Shown here in pieces: positions 10,037-21,193 of a DNA stretch of 64,000 nt. Each line of letters begins with the position of its first letter. The first letter of the stretch is position 1. The stretch is taken from the NCBI GenBank assembly GCA_018400875.1, contig JAGYLV010000001.1, forward strand, positions 77,847 to 141,846, written 5' to 3'. The position numbers and the translations under genes are program-made. A model generated the notes under the pieces. The model saw only the letters and a program-made list of their open reading frames with translations. It did no database searches and was not told the DNA's origin. Source of the DNA: a bacterium (lineage in GTDB: Bacteria; Bacillota_I; Bacilli_A; Izemoplasmatales; Izemoplasmataceae).

Positions 10037-11854
10037 TTAATCCTCAAGCGATAAAACACTGAGGAAGGCCTCTTGCGGGACGTCGACTTTGCCGACGGTT
10101 TTCATCCGTTTCTTGCCTTCTTTTTGTTTTTCTAAGAGTTTTTTCTTTCGAGATATATCGCCCCCATAACACTTGGCGATGACATTTTTACGCATCGCTT
10201 TGATCGTGGAGCGGGCGATGATTTTCCCACCGATGGCCGCTTGGATGGGCACTTCAAACATTTGTCTAGGGATCAGTTCTTTGAGTTTATCGGCCATCTT
10301 CTTCCCGCGCGAGTAGGCGAAATCTCGGTGGACAATCGAGGATAGTGCATCGACGATTTCTGCGTTGATTAAAATATCCATTTTGACAAGCTGAGACGGG
10401 ATGTAGCGCTCAAACACATAATCAAACGACGCATAGCCTTTGGATGTCGATTTGAGTTTGTCAAAAAAGTCATAGACGATTTCGAGTAAGGGCAGCTCAT
10501 AGGTGATTTCGACGCGCGAATCACTGAGGTAATCCATTTTGACGTACGTTCCGCGTTTTTTCTGACAGAGCTCCATGACATTCCCAACATAATCTTTGGG
10601 GGTCATGAGCGTCGCCTTCATGAGCGGTTCTTCGATCCGGTCGATTTTGGAAGGATCCGGTAATAACGAAGGATTATCGACCACCACCATCGAGCCATCG
10701 CTTAAAAACACATGGTAAGACACCGACGGAGCCGTGGCTAAGATGCCTAAATTGAATTCTCTCTCTAAACGTTCTTGGACAATTTCTAAATGGAGCATCC
10801 CTAAAAATCCCACGCGAAAGCCAAAGCCTAAGGCGCCGGAGGTTTCCGGTTCAAAAATCAGCGATGCATCATTCAGATGGAGTTTTGCCAGCGCATCTTT
10901 AAGCGGCGCATAATCGTTGGAATCAAGCGGATATAACCCGCAATACACCATCGGGTTTAGCGGCCGGTATCCCGGTAAAGGCGTATCGGTGGGCCGTTTT
11001 TTATCCGTGATGGTATCACCGACGCGGACGTGATCGGGATCTTTAATGTTCGCCACACAATATCCCACATCGCCTGGAACCAGCATCTCAACGGGTTTTG
11101 CCGCAGGCGTATTGACGCCCACTTCGATCACTTCATACGATGCTTGGGATGCCACCATTTGGATAACATCGCCTTTTTTTAGGGTGCCATCGACAATCCG
11201 GATGGAAGGAATCACCCCGCGGTAAGGATCGTAGTATGAGTCAAATATGAGCGCGCGTAAGCTGCCTTCAGGATCGCCTTCAGGTGATGGGACTTGATCA
11301 ATGATCGCATCTAAAATGAGTTCAATTCCAATGCCTTCTTTGGCCGAGACGAGGGGGGCATTGGACGCATCGAGGGCAAGCATGTTTTCAATGTCTTCTT
11401 TGACGCCTTCAATGTTGGCACTGGGTAAATCTATTTTATTGATGACAGGTATGATTTCTAAGTTGTTATCGTAAGCCAAATACACATTGGCGAGGGTCTG
11501 CGCTTCGATGCCTTGGGCCGCATCCACGACTAAAATAGCGCCTTCACAGGCGGCTAAAGAGCGCGACACTTCATAGGTAAAATCGACGTGACCCGGGGTA
11601 TCAATCAAATGAAAGATATACGTTTCATCGCCTTTTTGATATTGCAATTCCACCGCATTAAGCTTGATGGTTATGCCCCGTTCGCGTTCGATGTCCATGG
11701 AGTCTAGGAGTTGTTCTTTCATCTCCCGCTTCGTGACGCTATGCGTCATTTCTAAAATGCGGTCTGCGAGGGTACTTTTCCCATGATCGATGTGCGCAAT
11801 GATGGAGAAATTGCGAATTCGTCGCATCCGGTCTTGTATCTGTTTTAGGTCCAA
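10037..11854 (-). CDS. lepA: Elongation factor 4 (LepA), TTG start
   Basis: 605 aa with the GTPase motifs [14 protein letters not shown] and NKID plus a LepA C-terminal domain. The start codon is TTG (plus strand caa at 11852-11854), preceded by an AAGGA RBS and a TATAAT at 11877-11882. Confidence 0.95.
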   Translation of the reverse strand: MDLKQIQDRMRRIRNFSIIAHIDHGKSTLADRILEMTHSVTKREMKEQLLDSMDIERERGITIKLNAVELQYQKGDETYIFHLIDTPGHVDFTYEVSRSLAACEGAILVVDAAQGIEAQTLANVYLAYDNNLEIIPVINKIDLPSANIEGVKEDIENMLALDASNAPLVSAKEGIGIELILDAIIDQVPSPEGDPEGSLRALIFDSYYDPYRGVIPSIRIVDGTLKKGDVIQMVASQASYEVIEVGVNTPAAKPVEMLVPGDVGYCVANIKDPDHVRVGDTITDKKRPTDTPLPGYRPLNPMVYCGLYPLDSNDYAPLKDALAKLHLNDASLIFEPETSGALGFGFRVGFLGMLHLEIVQERLEREFNLGILATAPSVSYHVFLSDGSMVVVDNPSLLPDPSKIDRIEEPLMKATLMTPKDYVGNVMELCQKKRGTYVKMDYLSDSRVEITYELPLLEIVYDFFDKLKSTSKGYASFDYVFERYIPSQLVKMDILINAEIVDALSSIVHRDFAYSRGKKMADKLKELIPRQMFEVPIQAAIGGKIIARSTIKAMRKNVIAKCYGGDISRKKKLLEKQKEGKKRMKTVGKVDVPQEAFLSVLSLED

Positions 11855-11908
11855 ACGAGCACATCCTTTCTAGCCTATTATAACAAACTTAAGGCCACAT
11901 TTAAGCGT

Positions 11909-11935
11909 TAAAAAAGAGACCTCAGTGAGGTCTCT
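11909..11935 (-). terminator. Intrinsic terminator downstream of rnpB
   Basis: On the minus strand: agagacctc-act-gaggtctct followed by a T run. Confidence 0.75.
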
Positions 11936-11938
11936 TCT

Positions 11939-12283
11939 CTTGCATTGCATAAGCCATGTTCTGTCCCCTTAAAAAAGGGTGGCAACCATTTATCTGTACA
12001 ATGTACCTCGGCGTTAAGTTCAGTTCCTCACGCCAAGTGCCCCTACCAAAATTTGGGTTTCTAGCTTGCGGGGTTTACCCGTTCCACCTCTTTTATTGCT
12101 AAAAGAGCTCGTCTCTGTGGCACTTTTAAAGATACTCAAGACTTATAAAGCCTCTTTCTCAGCCGTCACCCTTGCGGGTGCATAGAGTTATGGTTTCCTC
12201 TATCACAATCACTACAGGCAATCGCAGCCTGTGCTAGCATGGACTTTCCTAACCATTACTGGCTCGGTTGCCTACAATGCAAG
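11939..12283 (-). ncRNA. rnpB: RNase P RNA, type B (Bacillus type)
   Basis: The minus strand carries AGGAAAGTCCATGCTAGCAC, AAGTGCCACAGAGACGAGCTC, GGTAAACCCCGCAAGCTAGAAACCCAAAT..GGTAGGGGCAC and ACAGAACATGGCTTATGC. P1 pairs CTTGCATTG (5' end) with CAATGCAAG (3' end). Confidence 0.93.
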
Positions 12284-12289
12284 GCAGGT

Positions 12290-14440
12290 TTATTTGCTTT
12301 CTTTCGGTGCTTCTTTACTGGTTTCTTCGGGTCTGGGGAGTAATGCTTTATGGGAGAGGTCAATCCGGCCGCGTTCATCGATGCCGATGACTTTCACTTT
12401 TAAGGCTTGACCCATCTTCACAACGTCTTCGACATTGGCCACCCGGTGGTGGGCGAGTTTAGAAACGTGACACAGCCCATCGGTCCCGGGCCAAAGTTCC
12501 ACGAAGCACCCGAATTTTTCGATGCGAACGACTTTCCCGTCGTAGACTTCGCCGATCTTGGCGACTTTGACAATTTCTTCGATGATACTCATCGCTTTAT
12601 CAATCGGTTCATACCGGGGATGCATCAAGGTGACACGGCCATCTTGTTCGATGTCGATTTTAATGCCATCGCATTTATCGATGATATCGTTGATGGATTT
12701 TCCGCCCGGACCAATGACATCGCGGATTTTATCCGGAGCGATGAACATGATTTTAACTTTCGGCGCATATTTGGATAGTTGGGGTCTGGGCCCTTCGATC
12801 GCTGAGAGCATGTTTTCTAAAATGTGTAAACGTCCCACGCGTGCTTGAGCGAGGGCTTCTTCTAAGATTTCTTTGGATAACCCTTCAATCTTGATATCCA
12901 TTTGTAAGGCGGTGATGCCTTTTTCAGTCCCGGCGACTTTGAAGTCCATATCCCCTAAGTGATCTTCAAGGCCTTGAATATCCGAGAGTACGCGGTGGGT
13001 ATTTCCATCGCTAATCAGACCCATTGCAATGCCGGCGACTGGGGCCTTTAAGGGCACCCCGGCAGCCATTAAACTCATACAGCCGGCGCAAATGGAAGCT
13101 TGAGAGGTCGATCCGTTACTTTCTAAAATTTCAGAGACAATCCGGATGGTGTATGGAAAATCTTCTTCGGAAGGTAACACTTGACGTAAAGCCCGCTCAC
13201 CGAGTGCCCCATGCCCAATTTCACGGCGCCCCGGAGGCCCGTACCGCCCATTTTCACCCACACTGTAAGGGGGGAAATTATAATGGAGCATAAACCGTTT
13301 GTATTCTTCGCCTTCACCGAGTCCATCAATGATTTGATGTTCTCTTAAAGCGCCAAGGGTCGTAATTGAGAGCGCTTGGGTTTCCCCGCGGGTAAATAAG
13401 GCTGACCCGTGTGTACGCTCTAGAATATCGACTTGCGAATTCAAGGGACGAATATCGGTGAGGCCCCTTCCGTCCGGTCTTTTTTCATCGGCAATGATGA
13501 GCCGTCTAACTTCATTTTTTACTTCGTTATCGACCAGTTTTTTGATGATTTTCATGGCATCTTTGAGCTCATTTTCATCAAGGTCAGGACGGTCTTGAGC
13601 GTAGGTGGCTTCTAAGTCATCTAAAATGGCGCCAATCGCATCACCACGGTCGTGGCGTCCATTAATGGCCGCCGCTTGTTTGACTTTTTCCAGCCCGTTT
13701 TCTTGGACGAACTTGACGAATTCTTCGGGATCTTCTGATGGAATAAATTCGACCTTTTCGGGTTGAACAGCATCGATGATTTCTTCTTGGAACGCGACCA
13801 ATTTTTTAATCCACTCATGGCCAAACATAATCGCATCCACCATGTCGGCTTCACTGGCTTCTAAGGCGCCGGCTTCCACCATGTTGATGGCGTGTTTGGT
13901 GCCTGCCACGTATAAGTCAATGTCGGAGAGTTCTTTTTCTTCGGTGGTGGGGTTTAAGACAAATGTCCCGTCTACACGGCCCACTTCCACGCCCGCAATC
14001 GGGCCTGAAAATGGCGCTTGGGTGAGACTTAAAGACATCGAGCTTCCGAACATTGCCGTCGCTGAAGGGGAGCGGTCAACGTTCCCACTTAAGACGGTAT
14101 TAATGATTTGAATGTCATGTTTGTAGCCTTTGGGAAAAAGCGGTCTAATCGGCCGGTCAATGAGTCTGGCACTTAAGGTTTCAGTCTCACTGGGCCTTCC
14201 TTCGCGTTTGAAGAAACCTCCCGGTATTTTTCCTGCGGCATATTGTTTTTCAGTGTAAATGATCATCAACGGGAAAAAATCCAATTGACTTTCGGTTCTC
14301 GAAACTTGGCTGACACTCAACACAGCGGTATCGTCATAACGCACGAGCACTGCGGCGCTGGCTTGCTTGGCCAGTTCACCAAATTCGACACTGAGGCTTT
14401 TACCATCTAAGTCCATGGTAAAGACTCTTTTTTCTGACAT
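12290..14440 (-). CDS. pnp: Polyribonucleotide nucleotidyltransferase (PNPase)
   Basis: Two RNase PH domains plus KH and S1 domains. The start was chosen at ATG 14440 (MSEKRVF...), which has a GAGGAGA RBS; the ORF-track N-terminal extension has no RBS. Confidence 0.95.
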   Translation of the reverse strand: MSEKRVFTMDLDGKSLSVEFGELAKQASAAVLVRYDDTAVLSVSQVSRTESQLDFFPLMIIYTEKQYAAGKIPGGFFKREGRPSETETLSARLIDRPIRPLFPKGYKHDIQIINTVLSGNVDRSPSATAMFGSSMSLSLTQAPFSGPIAGVEVGRVDGTFVLNPTTEEKELSDIDLYVAGTKHAINMVEAGALEASEADMVDAIMFGHEWIKKLVAFQEEIIDAVQPEKVEFIPSEDPEEFVKFVQENGLEKVKQAAAINGRHDRGDAIGAILDDLEATYAQDRPDLDENELKDAMKIIKKLVDNEVKNEVRRLIIADEKRPDGRGLTDIRPLNSQVDILERTHGSALFTRGETQALSITTLGALREHQIIDGLGEGEEYKRFMLHYNFPPYSVGENGRYGPPGRREIGHGALGERALRQVLPSEEDFPYTIRIVSEILESNGSTSQASICAGCMSLMAAGVPLKAPVAGIAMGLISDGNTHRVLSDIQGLEDHLGDMDFKVAGTEKGITALQMDIKIEGLSKEILEEALAQARVGRLHILENMLSAIEGPRPQLSKYAPKVKIMFIAPDKIRDVIGPGGKSINDIIDKCDGIKIDIEQDGRVTLMHPRYEPIDKAMSIIEEIVKVAKIGEVYDGKVVRIEKFGCFVELWPGTDGLCHVSKLAHHRVANVEDVVKMGQALKVKVIGIDERGRIDLSHKALLPRPEETSKEAPKESK

Positions 14441-14474
14441 ATAGTCTCCTCTTTTTTTAGTTTTCCAATTATTT

Positions 14475-14483
14475 ATTGTAGCA
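14475..14483 (-). promoter_or_regulatory. Extended -10 element TGCTACAAT upstream of pnp
   Basis: Plus strand reads attgtagca, about 35 nt upstream of the pnp ATG. Confidence 0.45.
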
Positions 14484-14516
14484 TACTGCCGCCTTTTAGA
14501 CCACCCGGCGGCGGCA

Positions 14517-14540
14517 AACAAAAAGCATGCATTGCATGCT
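14517..14540 (-). terminator. Intrinsic terminator after the UPF0316 gene
   Basis: Stem agcatgc/gcatgct followed by a T run on the minus strand. It abuts the stop codon at 14539. Confidence 0.6.
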
Positions 14541-15081
14541 ATTTGCGTAGGCCCCGGTACCCGCCGTAAATCGGCCGGATGTCATTGATGGTAATGACCA
14601 CGCCGGGAGAAAGCGCCTTGAGGGCATTGATGGTTGGGGTGATTTTTTTCCGGTGAATGTGTAAGTTCAAGATGTGTCTAGCCCCATCGCGACCTTCCCC
14701 CGGAATGACGGTGAGGGCGTAGCCTTGTTCGCGCATGCCTTGGGCGATGATGCGGCCCTCTTGCGCGGAGACGATGGCGGTGATGTTGATGGTGCCTAAG
14801 GCGAGTTTTTCTTCTAGCATCGAGCCGACATAATTTCCGAAGGCAAACGCCGCCCCGTAAATGACAATTTTGAGGGGATCACTCATCAGATCGTCCAAGA
14901 CTAAGGTGACCACAAAGACCCAAAGCATGACTTCAAAAAACGCAATGATGGCGCCTTTTTCTCGTTCACCTTTGGTGACGATGACGATGCGTAAGGTCGA
15001 GATGGTGACTTCGACAAATTTCAAGGTGAATATCAAGAGATACATCCACACGGTGGGAATGTTTGAAAAATCAAGGCTCAT
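14539..15081 (-). CDS. UPF0316 family membrane protein (DUF2179 C-terminal domain)
   Basis: 180 aa: three N-terminal TM helices followed by a soluble domain. The N-terminus resembles the Bacillus YebE-type UPF0316 family. Confidence 0.6.
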   Translation of the reverse strand: MSLDFSNIPTVWMYLLIFTLKFVEVTISTLRIVIVTKGEREKGAIIAFFEVMLWVFVVTLVLDDLMSDPLKIVIYGAAFAFGNYVGSMLEEKLALGTINITAIVSAQEGRIIAQGMREQGYALTVIPGEGRDGARHILNLHIHRKKITPTINALKALSPGVVITINDIRPIYGGYRGLRK

Positions 15082-16190
15082 TTTTGTTTCACAGCTTCTT
15101 TCGGGTTAGATTGGGGTGGGTGTTTGCGATTTTTTTCATGATAGTATTCCACGGCCGAGCGAATGGTTCCTGTGAGGGGAATGGCTAAGATGATGCCAAC
15201 CACCCCAAATAAATACCCAAAGAACAGTAAGGATGAAAGCACCAATAAGGGATGCATTTTCGTTTCCCGGCCCATAATATACGGTTGGAGGAGATTGTTT
15301 TGTAAAAAATTGACCACGAAGACCACGATGAGGACGGCGAGGGGTGCAAAATCACCAAAGACAATCGTATCATCAGCCAGCGTATAAAGCATCGGTAAGA
15401 GCGTGCCGATGACTGGACCGATGTACGGGATGATATCTAAAACGCCCAGTAAAAAGCCAAATAGAATGCTCCGTGCCCCGAAACCCATGATAAAAAAGAT
15501 GATGTTAAAGACGACGATCATGATGGCAATTGAGGTAAACCGGCCGTTAAAATATTGTTTGATTACCGTGTCAGCCCGACGGGTGAGTTGGTCCGCATCG
15601 GTTTCCGTTTTTTCGGGTAAGACTTTGATGATCGCGTGACGAATTTTCGAGCCATCCCGGAGTAAAAAGAATAAAAATACTGGCGTCAAGACCGTCGCAA
15701 TCACAATATTTGAAAGACTAATCACGGCGCCATAAATATCGAACGTTACATTGGAGATTGATTCAAAATCCAGATAGGGCATGACAAAATCGTAGACATC
15801 TGACAGTCCTGAATTGTCATCGATTAACGCTTGCAAAGCAGCCAATATCGCAGGCCAATCATTTTCGATAAAAAGCAACGCTTGCGTATAAATGACATCC
15901 CCAGCCGTCACCACAAAGATGCCGATGACCACTAAGAGAAAAAGCACAATCACTAAACTTCGTACGGTTTTGTTCGTCAGTTTGAGTTTAATGAGGAATT
16001 GGTTGAGAGGCGCCACTAAGTAAACGATGAATAACGCGATGGAAAATGGAATAAAGATCGCGTAAAACGCGCCGAAAAAACGTCCAAATAAGGACGGGAA
16101 TACTTGGTTAATCATAAAAATCGTGGCCAAGGTTAGCAGCGCTAAGATGGCGGTTTTAATCCAAAGCTTTTGCCAGGGTTTGAATGTCAT
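15078..16190 (-). CDS. AI-2E / PerM (UPF0118) family transporter
   Basis: 370-aa polytopic protein with the characteristic C-terminal block (HPLLVLSSLLFFGYLFGVVGIILAIPL). Confidence 0.7.
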   Translation of the reverse strand: MTFKPWQKLWIKTAILALLTLATIFMINQVFPSLFGRFFGAFYAIFIPFSIALFIVYLVAPLNQFLIKLKLTNKTVRSLVIVLFLLVVIGIFVVTAGDVIYTQALLFIENDWPAILAALQALIDDNSGLSDVYDFVMPYLDFESISNVTFDIYGAVISLSNIVIATVLTPVFLFFLLRDGSKIRHAIIKVLPEKTETDADQLTRRADTVIKQYFNGRFTSIAIMIVVFNIIFFIMGFGARSILFGFLLGVLDIIPYIGPVIGTLLPMLYTLADDTIVFGDFAPLAVLIVVFVVNFLQNNLLQPYIMGRETKMHPLLVLSSLLFFGYLFGVVGIILAIPLTGTIRSAVEYYHEKNRKHPPQSNPKEAVKQK

Positions 16191-16205
16191 AAAATCTCCT
16201 TGAAA

Positions 16206-16236
16206 AGAAAAAAAGAAACCTCAGAAGAAGTTTCTT
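16206..16236 (-). terminator. Intrinsic terminator after rpsO
   Basis: Stem agaaac/gtttct followed by T7 on the minus strand. Confidence 0.6.
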
Positions 16237-16506
16237 TTATCGTCTTAATCCGAGGCGTTGAATGAGTGATTGGTAACGCGCTTCGTCGGTTTTCATCAAG
16301 TAATTCAGTAAGTTCCGGCGATGACCAACTTTTTTGAGAAGACCACGACGTGAATGGAAATCATGTTTGTGGGTACTTAAATGTCCATTCAATTCGATGA
16401 TTTCTTCGGTGAGTAAGGCGACTTGGACTTCCGTAGAACCTGAGTCTCCTTCTTTGCGGCCATAGGCTTTGACAATTTCAGCCCGTTTCTCTTTGGTAAG
16501 AGCCAT
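16237..16506 (-). CDS. rpsO: 30S ribosomal protein S15
   Basis: 89 aa containing [17 protein letters not shown] and [16 protein letters not shown]. Confidence 0.97.
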   Translation of the reverse strand: MALTKEKRAEIVKAYGRKEGDSGSTEVQVALLTEEIIELNGHLSTHKHDFHSRRGLLKKVGHRRNLLNYLMKTDEARYQSLIQRLGLRR

Positions 16507-16603
16507 AGGGTTTCCTCCTTTAAATGATTATTCGGACCGGATGCCACGTAAATCTCATGGAGGTGGGATAAACCTCGCAACCGGCGCAACCACTATTATA
16601 GCA
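16507..16603 (-). promoter_or_regulatory. rpsO promoter (TGCTATAAT at 16595-16603) and ~85-nt structured leader, a candidate S15 autoregulatory element
   Basis: The extended -10 overlaps the ribF stop. The leader contains GC-rich pairing segments (gcgccggttgcg, ccacctcc/ggaggaa) that reach the RBS. Its role as an S15 leader is inferred from position only. Confidence 0.35.
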
Positions 16604-17534
16604 TAAATTCAGGTGAGGGCAAGACAAGTTTCAAGGGATTTAATGCGGCCTTTGAATCGACCGCATCCCGGTCGATTTGGGCGATGAGATCACCGACACT
16701 GTCAAACTTCTGTTCGTCTCTCAACCACTGGACAAAATAGGTCGTGATGACTTCTCCGTATATGGTTTGATCAAAGTCAAATAAATAACTTTCCACACTC
16801 AGTGGATGGGCCGCATTCAGCGTTGGATTATGCCCCACACTGGTCATCGATGGATACAAGGTATCGCCCACCCGCGTGATGCTTGCATACACGCCACGTT
16901 TGGGGGTGATGCTGCTGGAAAGTTCAATATTCGCAGTCGGATAGCCAATCAGACGCCCCTTTTTCTCCCCATGAATGACTTCACCGGTAATCGAAAAATA
17001 CCGGCCCAAACGCTGATGCGCATCTTGCATTTTGCCTGCTTGAATGAGCTCTCGAATGATAGTTGAGCCAATTTTCTGGGAAGCAAGGCGCCTTTCTTCC
17101 ATCACGTGCACGTGAAAGTTACCTTCTTCTTTTAACGTCTGGGTCGTTCCTAATCCTCCGTGGCCAAATCGGAAATCAAATCCACACACTAACATGTGGA
17201 CGCCATTTAAATACTGCTGGATGAACGTAGACGCCTCCACCTTTGATAAGGCTTTATCAAACGGTAAAACAAATACACGCTGGATGCCGTAGGCTTTAAG
17301 TAAAGCGATTTTTTCTTTAAGTGGGGTGATGTATTGAAAATCCATCTCAAAAATGACGCTTTTCGGATGGCGATCAAACGTGATGACCACCGGCGTTTTA
17401 CCGGCCTTTTTGGCTTCATCCAGCGTCACTTGAATCAACGCTTGGTGGGCCGTGTGAACCCCATCAAAAAACCCGATGGAAGCGACCATGGTGTCATCAA
17501 GCATATGGGGGGTTAAAGTGTCAGTCATGGTCAA
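16596..17534 (-). CDS. ribF: Bifunctional riboflavin kinase / FMN adenylyltransferase
   Basis: 312 aa with an N-terminal FAD synthetase domain (GFFDGVH) and a C-terminal riboflavin kinase domain (GYPTANI). Confidence 0.9.
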   Translation of the reverse strand: MTMTDTLTPHMLDDTMVASIGFFDGVHTAHQALIQVTLDEAKKAGKTPVVITFDRHPKSVIFEMDFQYITPLKEKIALLKAYGIQRVFVLPFDKALSKVEASTFIQQYLNGVHMLVCGFDFRFGHGGLGTTQTLKEEGNFHVHVMEERRLASQKIGSTIIRELIQAGKMQDAHQRLGRYFSITGEVIHGEKKGRLIGYPTANIELSSSITPKRGVYASITRVGDTLYPSMTSVGHNPTLNAAHPLSVESYLFDFDQTIYGEVITTYFVQWLRDEQKFDSVGDLIAQIDRDAVDSKAALNPLKLVLPSPEFML

Positions 17535-18397
17535 TCTCCTTTAAACATCCGCAGCGGGCGGTACTTGTCTTGCGTCCAGTGATATAGCCCAAATAAATCT
17601 CCTTCGGCATTAATCACTTTAATCTGATCACCTGTGCGAGGAATCGCTAAAGCCCGGCCGTGGGCGACATCTTCCGGGTTCAGGTAATCTAAATAGACCA
17701 CATCAAAACCGGGCAACGCTTCACTCAGACGAATCAGGTCTTGGCCGGCTAAGGTATCTAAGGGCGATGCAGTTTCGATGGAAAACGCTCCAACCGCTAA
17801 GCGGTGAATGAAATGGGTATGGGCGAGGGTGCCATGATGTCCCGCTAAATCAAGGGCGAGCTTCCGCACGTAAAGGCCACTGCTGGCCTTGACTTCAAAT
17901 GTCGCTTGCACCGTGTCTTTTTCGCGTTTTAGAGGCTCGGTTTGGGTGAATGAGGTGACGGTCAAGGTGCGTGGGGGAACATCGGGGATGGGTTGACCTT
18001 CTCGGGCATACTCATACAGCTTTTTACCTGCCACTTTAACCGCTGAATACGCCGGAGGGGTTTGTTCATACGTCCCCACAAACGCCTGGCAATCCAACCA
18101 ATCGGGGAGATTAACAGGGAGCGTATTTAAAGGCTTTCCGGTATGATCGAGCGTATCGGTCTGTGTGCCGAACGTGACGCCGAACGCGTAGTGCTTGTTC
18201 GCGTGCTGCAAATAATGCAACAGTTTGGTCCCTTCGTTAATGCCCACCAAAAGTACGCCAGACGCTTCAACGTCAAGCGTGCCGGCATGACCGACGCGCC
18301 GCGTGGCGAATGTACGTCGGACGTGATTGACAACATCGTGGGAGCTCATCCCGATGGGTTTATGGATATTAAAAATGCCATGCAGTGGTTTCATCAT
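17531..18397 (-). CDS. truB: tRNA pseudouridine(55) synthase
   Basis: 288 aa with the HAGTLD catalytic Asp motif. It overlaps ribF by 4 nt. Confidence 0.9.
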   Translation of the reverse strand: MMKPLHGIFNIHKPIGMSSHDVVNHVRRTFATRRVGHAGTLDVEASGVLLVGINEGTKLLHYLQHANKHYAFGVTFGTQTDTLDHTGKPLNTLPVNLPDWLDCQAFVGTYEQTPPAYSAVKVAGKKLYEYAREGQPIPDVPPRTLTVTSFTQTEPLKREKDTVQATFEVKASSGLYVRKLALDLAGHHGTLAHTHFIHRLAVGAFSIETASPLDTLAGQDLIRLSEALPGFDVVYLDYLNPEDVAHGRALAIPRTGDQIKVINAEGDLFGLYHWTQDKYRPLRMFKGD

Positions 18398-18429
18398 GGC
18401 TTATTATAAATGATACATGGCATGAAACC

Positions 18430-18457
18430 GAAAAAAAACACCGTTTAAACGGTGTTT
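18430..18457 (-). terminator. Intrinsic terminator after trxA
   Basis: Palindrome acaccgttt/aaacggtgt followed by T8 on the minus strand. Confidence 0.75.
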
Positions 18458-18764
18458 ATGCGCCTTGAACCCATTTTAAGAGCTGTTCTTTGGGCATGAA
18501 GCCCGCTTTTCGATCGGCCACTTGACCGTCTTTCATCACAAAGAGTGTGGGGATGGCACGCACTTCGTGCTTTTGCGCGACAGACATATTTTCATCCACA
18601 TTCAGTTTCACGATTTTAATATCGTCATGCTCCCCGGCAATTTCTTCTAAGACAGGGGCAATCATTTTACAGGGGCCACACCAATCGGCATAAAAGTCTA
18701 CGATTACAGTACCACTGCTTGTATCTTGTTCAAACGATGCTTCACTCGAATATACGATGGGCAT
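18456..18764 (-). CDS. trxA: Thioredoxin
   Basis: 102 aa with the WCGPCK active site. Confidence 0.95.
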   Translation of the reverse strand: MPIVYSSEASFEQDTSSGTVIVDFYADWCGPCKMIAPVLEEIAGEHDDIKIVKLNVDENMSVAQKHEVRAIPTLFVMKDGQVADRKAGFMPKEQLLKWVQGA

Positions 18765-18833
18765 ATAAGTCCTCCTAGATTAACTACCGCAATTATACCG
18801 CAAAATGGTCCGTCGACAAGTAAAATACACATT

Positions 18834-21125
18834 CTAAAAATAAACCACGGTCACCCCAGCGCCCCCTTCACCGCCTTCACCACTGCGGAAACTTTGTACG
18901 GCGGGATTTTCTTTTAAGGCCGTTTGCACCATGTCCCGAATGGCAAACGTTCCATACCCGTGAATGATTCGGGCAAAGGGAAGCTTTGATAGCGCGCAAT
19001 CATCCAAGTATTTATCCAGTAAATGGGCCGCTTCTTCGACCCTTAGACCGCGTAAGTCAAGTTCAGACGCTACCCGTTTTTTCGGGACACTGGCTTTGGG
19101 TATTTTTTCTTTGGGACGTGTTTTTTTCGTATCCACAAAATAAAATTCCGATTCATCCAAAGTCGATTCCACATTGCCCATAAGCACTTGCCAACGCCCA
19201 GCTTTGAGGGCTTTTTTTAACTCCCCGTTCCGGTTGAACTTATTCACATGAACGATGTCCCCCGGTTGATAGACGTGATTATTTGTTTCCTTTTCACTTG
19301 ATTGGGGAGTCTCTTGGAAAAGGGTTTCTTTCGCTTGGTTGATTTCATGCGGTTTTAGACGGCTTGCTTTTAACGATGTGACGATTTCTTCAAAGGCCGT
19401 CTCTAAGGATTCTTTATCCCGTTGATATTGGCGGGTAAAGCGATCCGTCAGGGATTGTTTTTTGGCTTCTAGGTCGGTTTTTTCTTGTTGAAGCGCTTTT
19501 TTTAAAGCTTCGGTGTCACGTCGCAGTTGATTGAGTTCAGTTCTTTCGTTTTCTAATGCCGCCTTTTTTTGCTCCAAAGTTTGAATGAGATCGCTGACGG
19601 GGTTTTGTTCATTTTGAAAATAATCTTCTGCTTTTTCAATGATCGATGGCTTAAATCCAAGGCGTCTCGCAATCAACAAGGCATGGGATTCACCCGGGGT
19701 ATCAAGATACAAGTGATAGGTGGGTTTTAACGTCTCTTTATCAAAGGCCACACTCGCATTGATGGCGGTGGGATGGTCATACGCATAGGCTTTGAGCTCT
19801 GGATAATGCGTGGTCACAAAAATATCGTGCGGATGCTGACTCAAATCATCCATTAAAGCTCTGGCAAACGCTGCACCTGCTTTCGGGTCGGTCCCCCCTC
19901 CCACTTCATCGAGTAAGATGAGCGAACCCGATGGAGCGGTTTGAATGATCCGCTGGATGTTGGTCAAATGGGACGAAAAAGTCGAAAGGGATTGCTCAAT
20001 GCTTTGTTCATCACCAATGTCGGCATAAATGCCGGTGTAAAAAGGCAAACTGGATCCTTTTTCGGCGGGAATCAAAAGGCCCGATACGGCCATCAGTGAC
20101 AAAAGGCCCACGGTTTTTAATACCACCGTTTTCCCACCGGTATTCGATCCAGAGATAATGACAAGATGGGTATCAAAAGAAAGCTCAATGGCATTCGGGA
20201 CGACTTCTTTCGGGTTAATCAACGGATGACGGGCATTTTTTAGTGCCAAATGAGACCCAAACGTGACCCTCTCCATATTGAGTTTTGCGGCATACTCCGC
20301 TTTGGCAAATATTGCATCTAAGGTGCCGATGGTTTCATGGTTGAGCGCGAGTGTTTCATAGTGTGTGTGGAGGGTTTGAGAAATCGCCGTAAGGATTCGC
20401 TCAATTTCAGTCTCAATGGCCATTTCGATTTTTCTTTTTTCAGCACTCATCTCACCCACGGCGGCCGGTTCCATATACACCGTTTCACCACTGGCGGAAT
20501 AATCGACAACACTGCCTTTAAACCGGTTCTTGTAGGTTTGTTTAACAGGAACCACATAGCGCCCTTGGCGCTCAGTATAAAAGGTTTCTGATAACATATC
20601 CCCCGATTGATCGACGAGGCTTTTTAGTTTTTGAGTAAGGCGATTTTCCATCACCCTTAACGCATTTTTGTGTTTTTTAAGTAGACTAGAGGCATTTTCT
20701 TTGAGGCCTTCATCATCCACCAATTGATCAAGCTCCATTTTCAATGTGGATAAAGGCTCTAAGGTTATTACATAAGGATCAAGGGCATTTGATTGCAAAT
20801 CTTCGGGGGCGTTCTTAAGCCGCTTATAGACCTGAGTGAGCTCATTTAAAAACCGACGAATGTGCATTAAATCTTGAACGCTTAGGATGCGGGCAATCTT
20901 AATGTCACGCAGGGGCTTAGCAAGGTCAAAAAAATCGCCAAAACGCGGGGCTTTGGCATTTAAGATATAATGTTTAGCGCTTTCGATTTCACGCATGCTT
21001 AAAAGCGCCGCTGCTTCCGTTTCATACGGGATTAGGCGGGCAATTTTTTCTTGACCCAGTGGGGTATTTGAGTAGGTAGAAATGGCGTTTAATATCGCCG
21101 AAAATTCCAGTGTTTTTAGGTCCAT
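18834..21125 (-). CDS. mutS2: Endonuclease MutS2 (MutS ATPase domain plus C-terminal Smr domain)
   Basis: 763 aa with Walker A GSNTGGKT and an Smr domain (LDLRGLRVEEA...HGYGT). Confidence 0.9.
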   Translation of the reverse strand: MDLKTLEFSAILNAISTYSNTPLGQEKIARLIPYETEAAALLSMREIESAKHYILNAKAPRFGDFFDLAKPLRDIKIARILSVQDLMHIRRFLNELTQVYKRLKNAPEDLQSNALDPYVITLEPLSTLKMELDQLVDDEGLKENASSLLKKHKNALRVMENRLTQKLKSLVDQSGDMLSETFYTERQGRYVVPVKQTYKNRFKGSVVDYSASGETVYMEPAAVGEMSAEKRKIEMAIETEIERILTAISQTLHTHYETLALNHETIGTLDAIFAKAEYAAKLNMERVTFGSHLALKNARHPLINPKEVVPNAIELSFDTHLVIISGSNTGGKTVVLKTVGLLSLMAVSGLLIPAEKGSSLPFYTGIYADIGDEQSIEQSLSTFSSHLTNIQRIIQTAPSGSLILLDEVGGGTDPKAGAAFARALMDDLSQHPHDIFVTTHYPELKAYAYDHPTAINASVAFDKETLKPTYHLYLDTPGESHALLIARRLGFKPSIIEKAEDYFQNEQNPVSDLIQTLEQKKAALENERTELNQLRRDTEALKKALQQEKTDLEAKKQSLTDRFTRQYQRDKESLETAFEEIVTSLKASRLKPHEINQAKETLFQETPQSSEKETNNHVYQPGDIVHVNKFNRNGELKKALKAGRWQVLMGNVESTLDESEFYFVDTKKTRPKEKIPKASVPKKRVASELDLRGLRVEEAAHLLDKYLDDCALSKLPFARIIHGYGTFAIRDMVQTALKENPAVQSFRSGEGGEGGAGVTVVYF

Positions 21126-21193
21126 AAGACCCCCTTAACTTGTTTTATTTTAGCACTATTCGTGGTAAAATAGGGAGAAAGGGTGTGAAAAAA

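Noticed and set aside
12407-14111. Multiple 60-123-aa ORFs antisense to or overlapping pnp. Similar antisense ORFs lie inside oppD (25450-25830), oppF (24483-24866), nadE (58525-58899), the nqr genes and elsewhere.
   Set aside because: They lie within strongly supported long genes, have odd compositions (F-, S-, R-rich) and no translation signals. They are typical six-frame noise.
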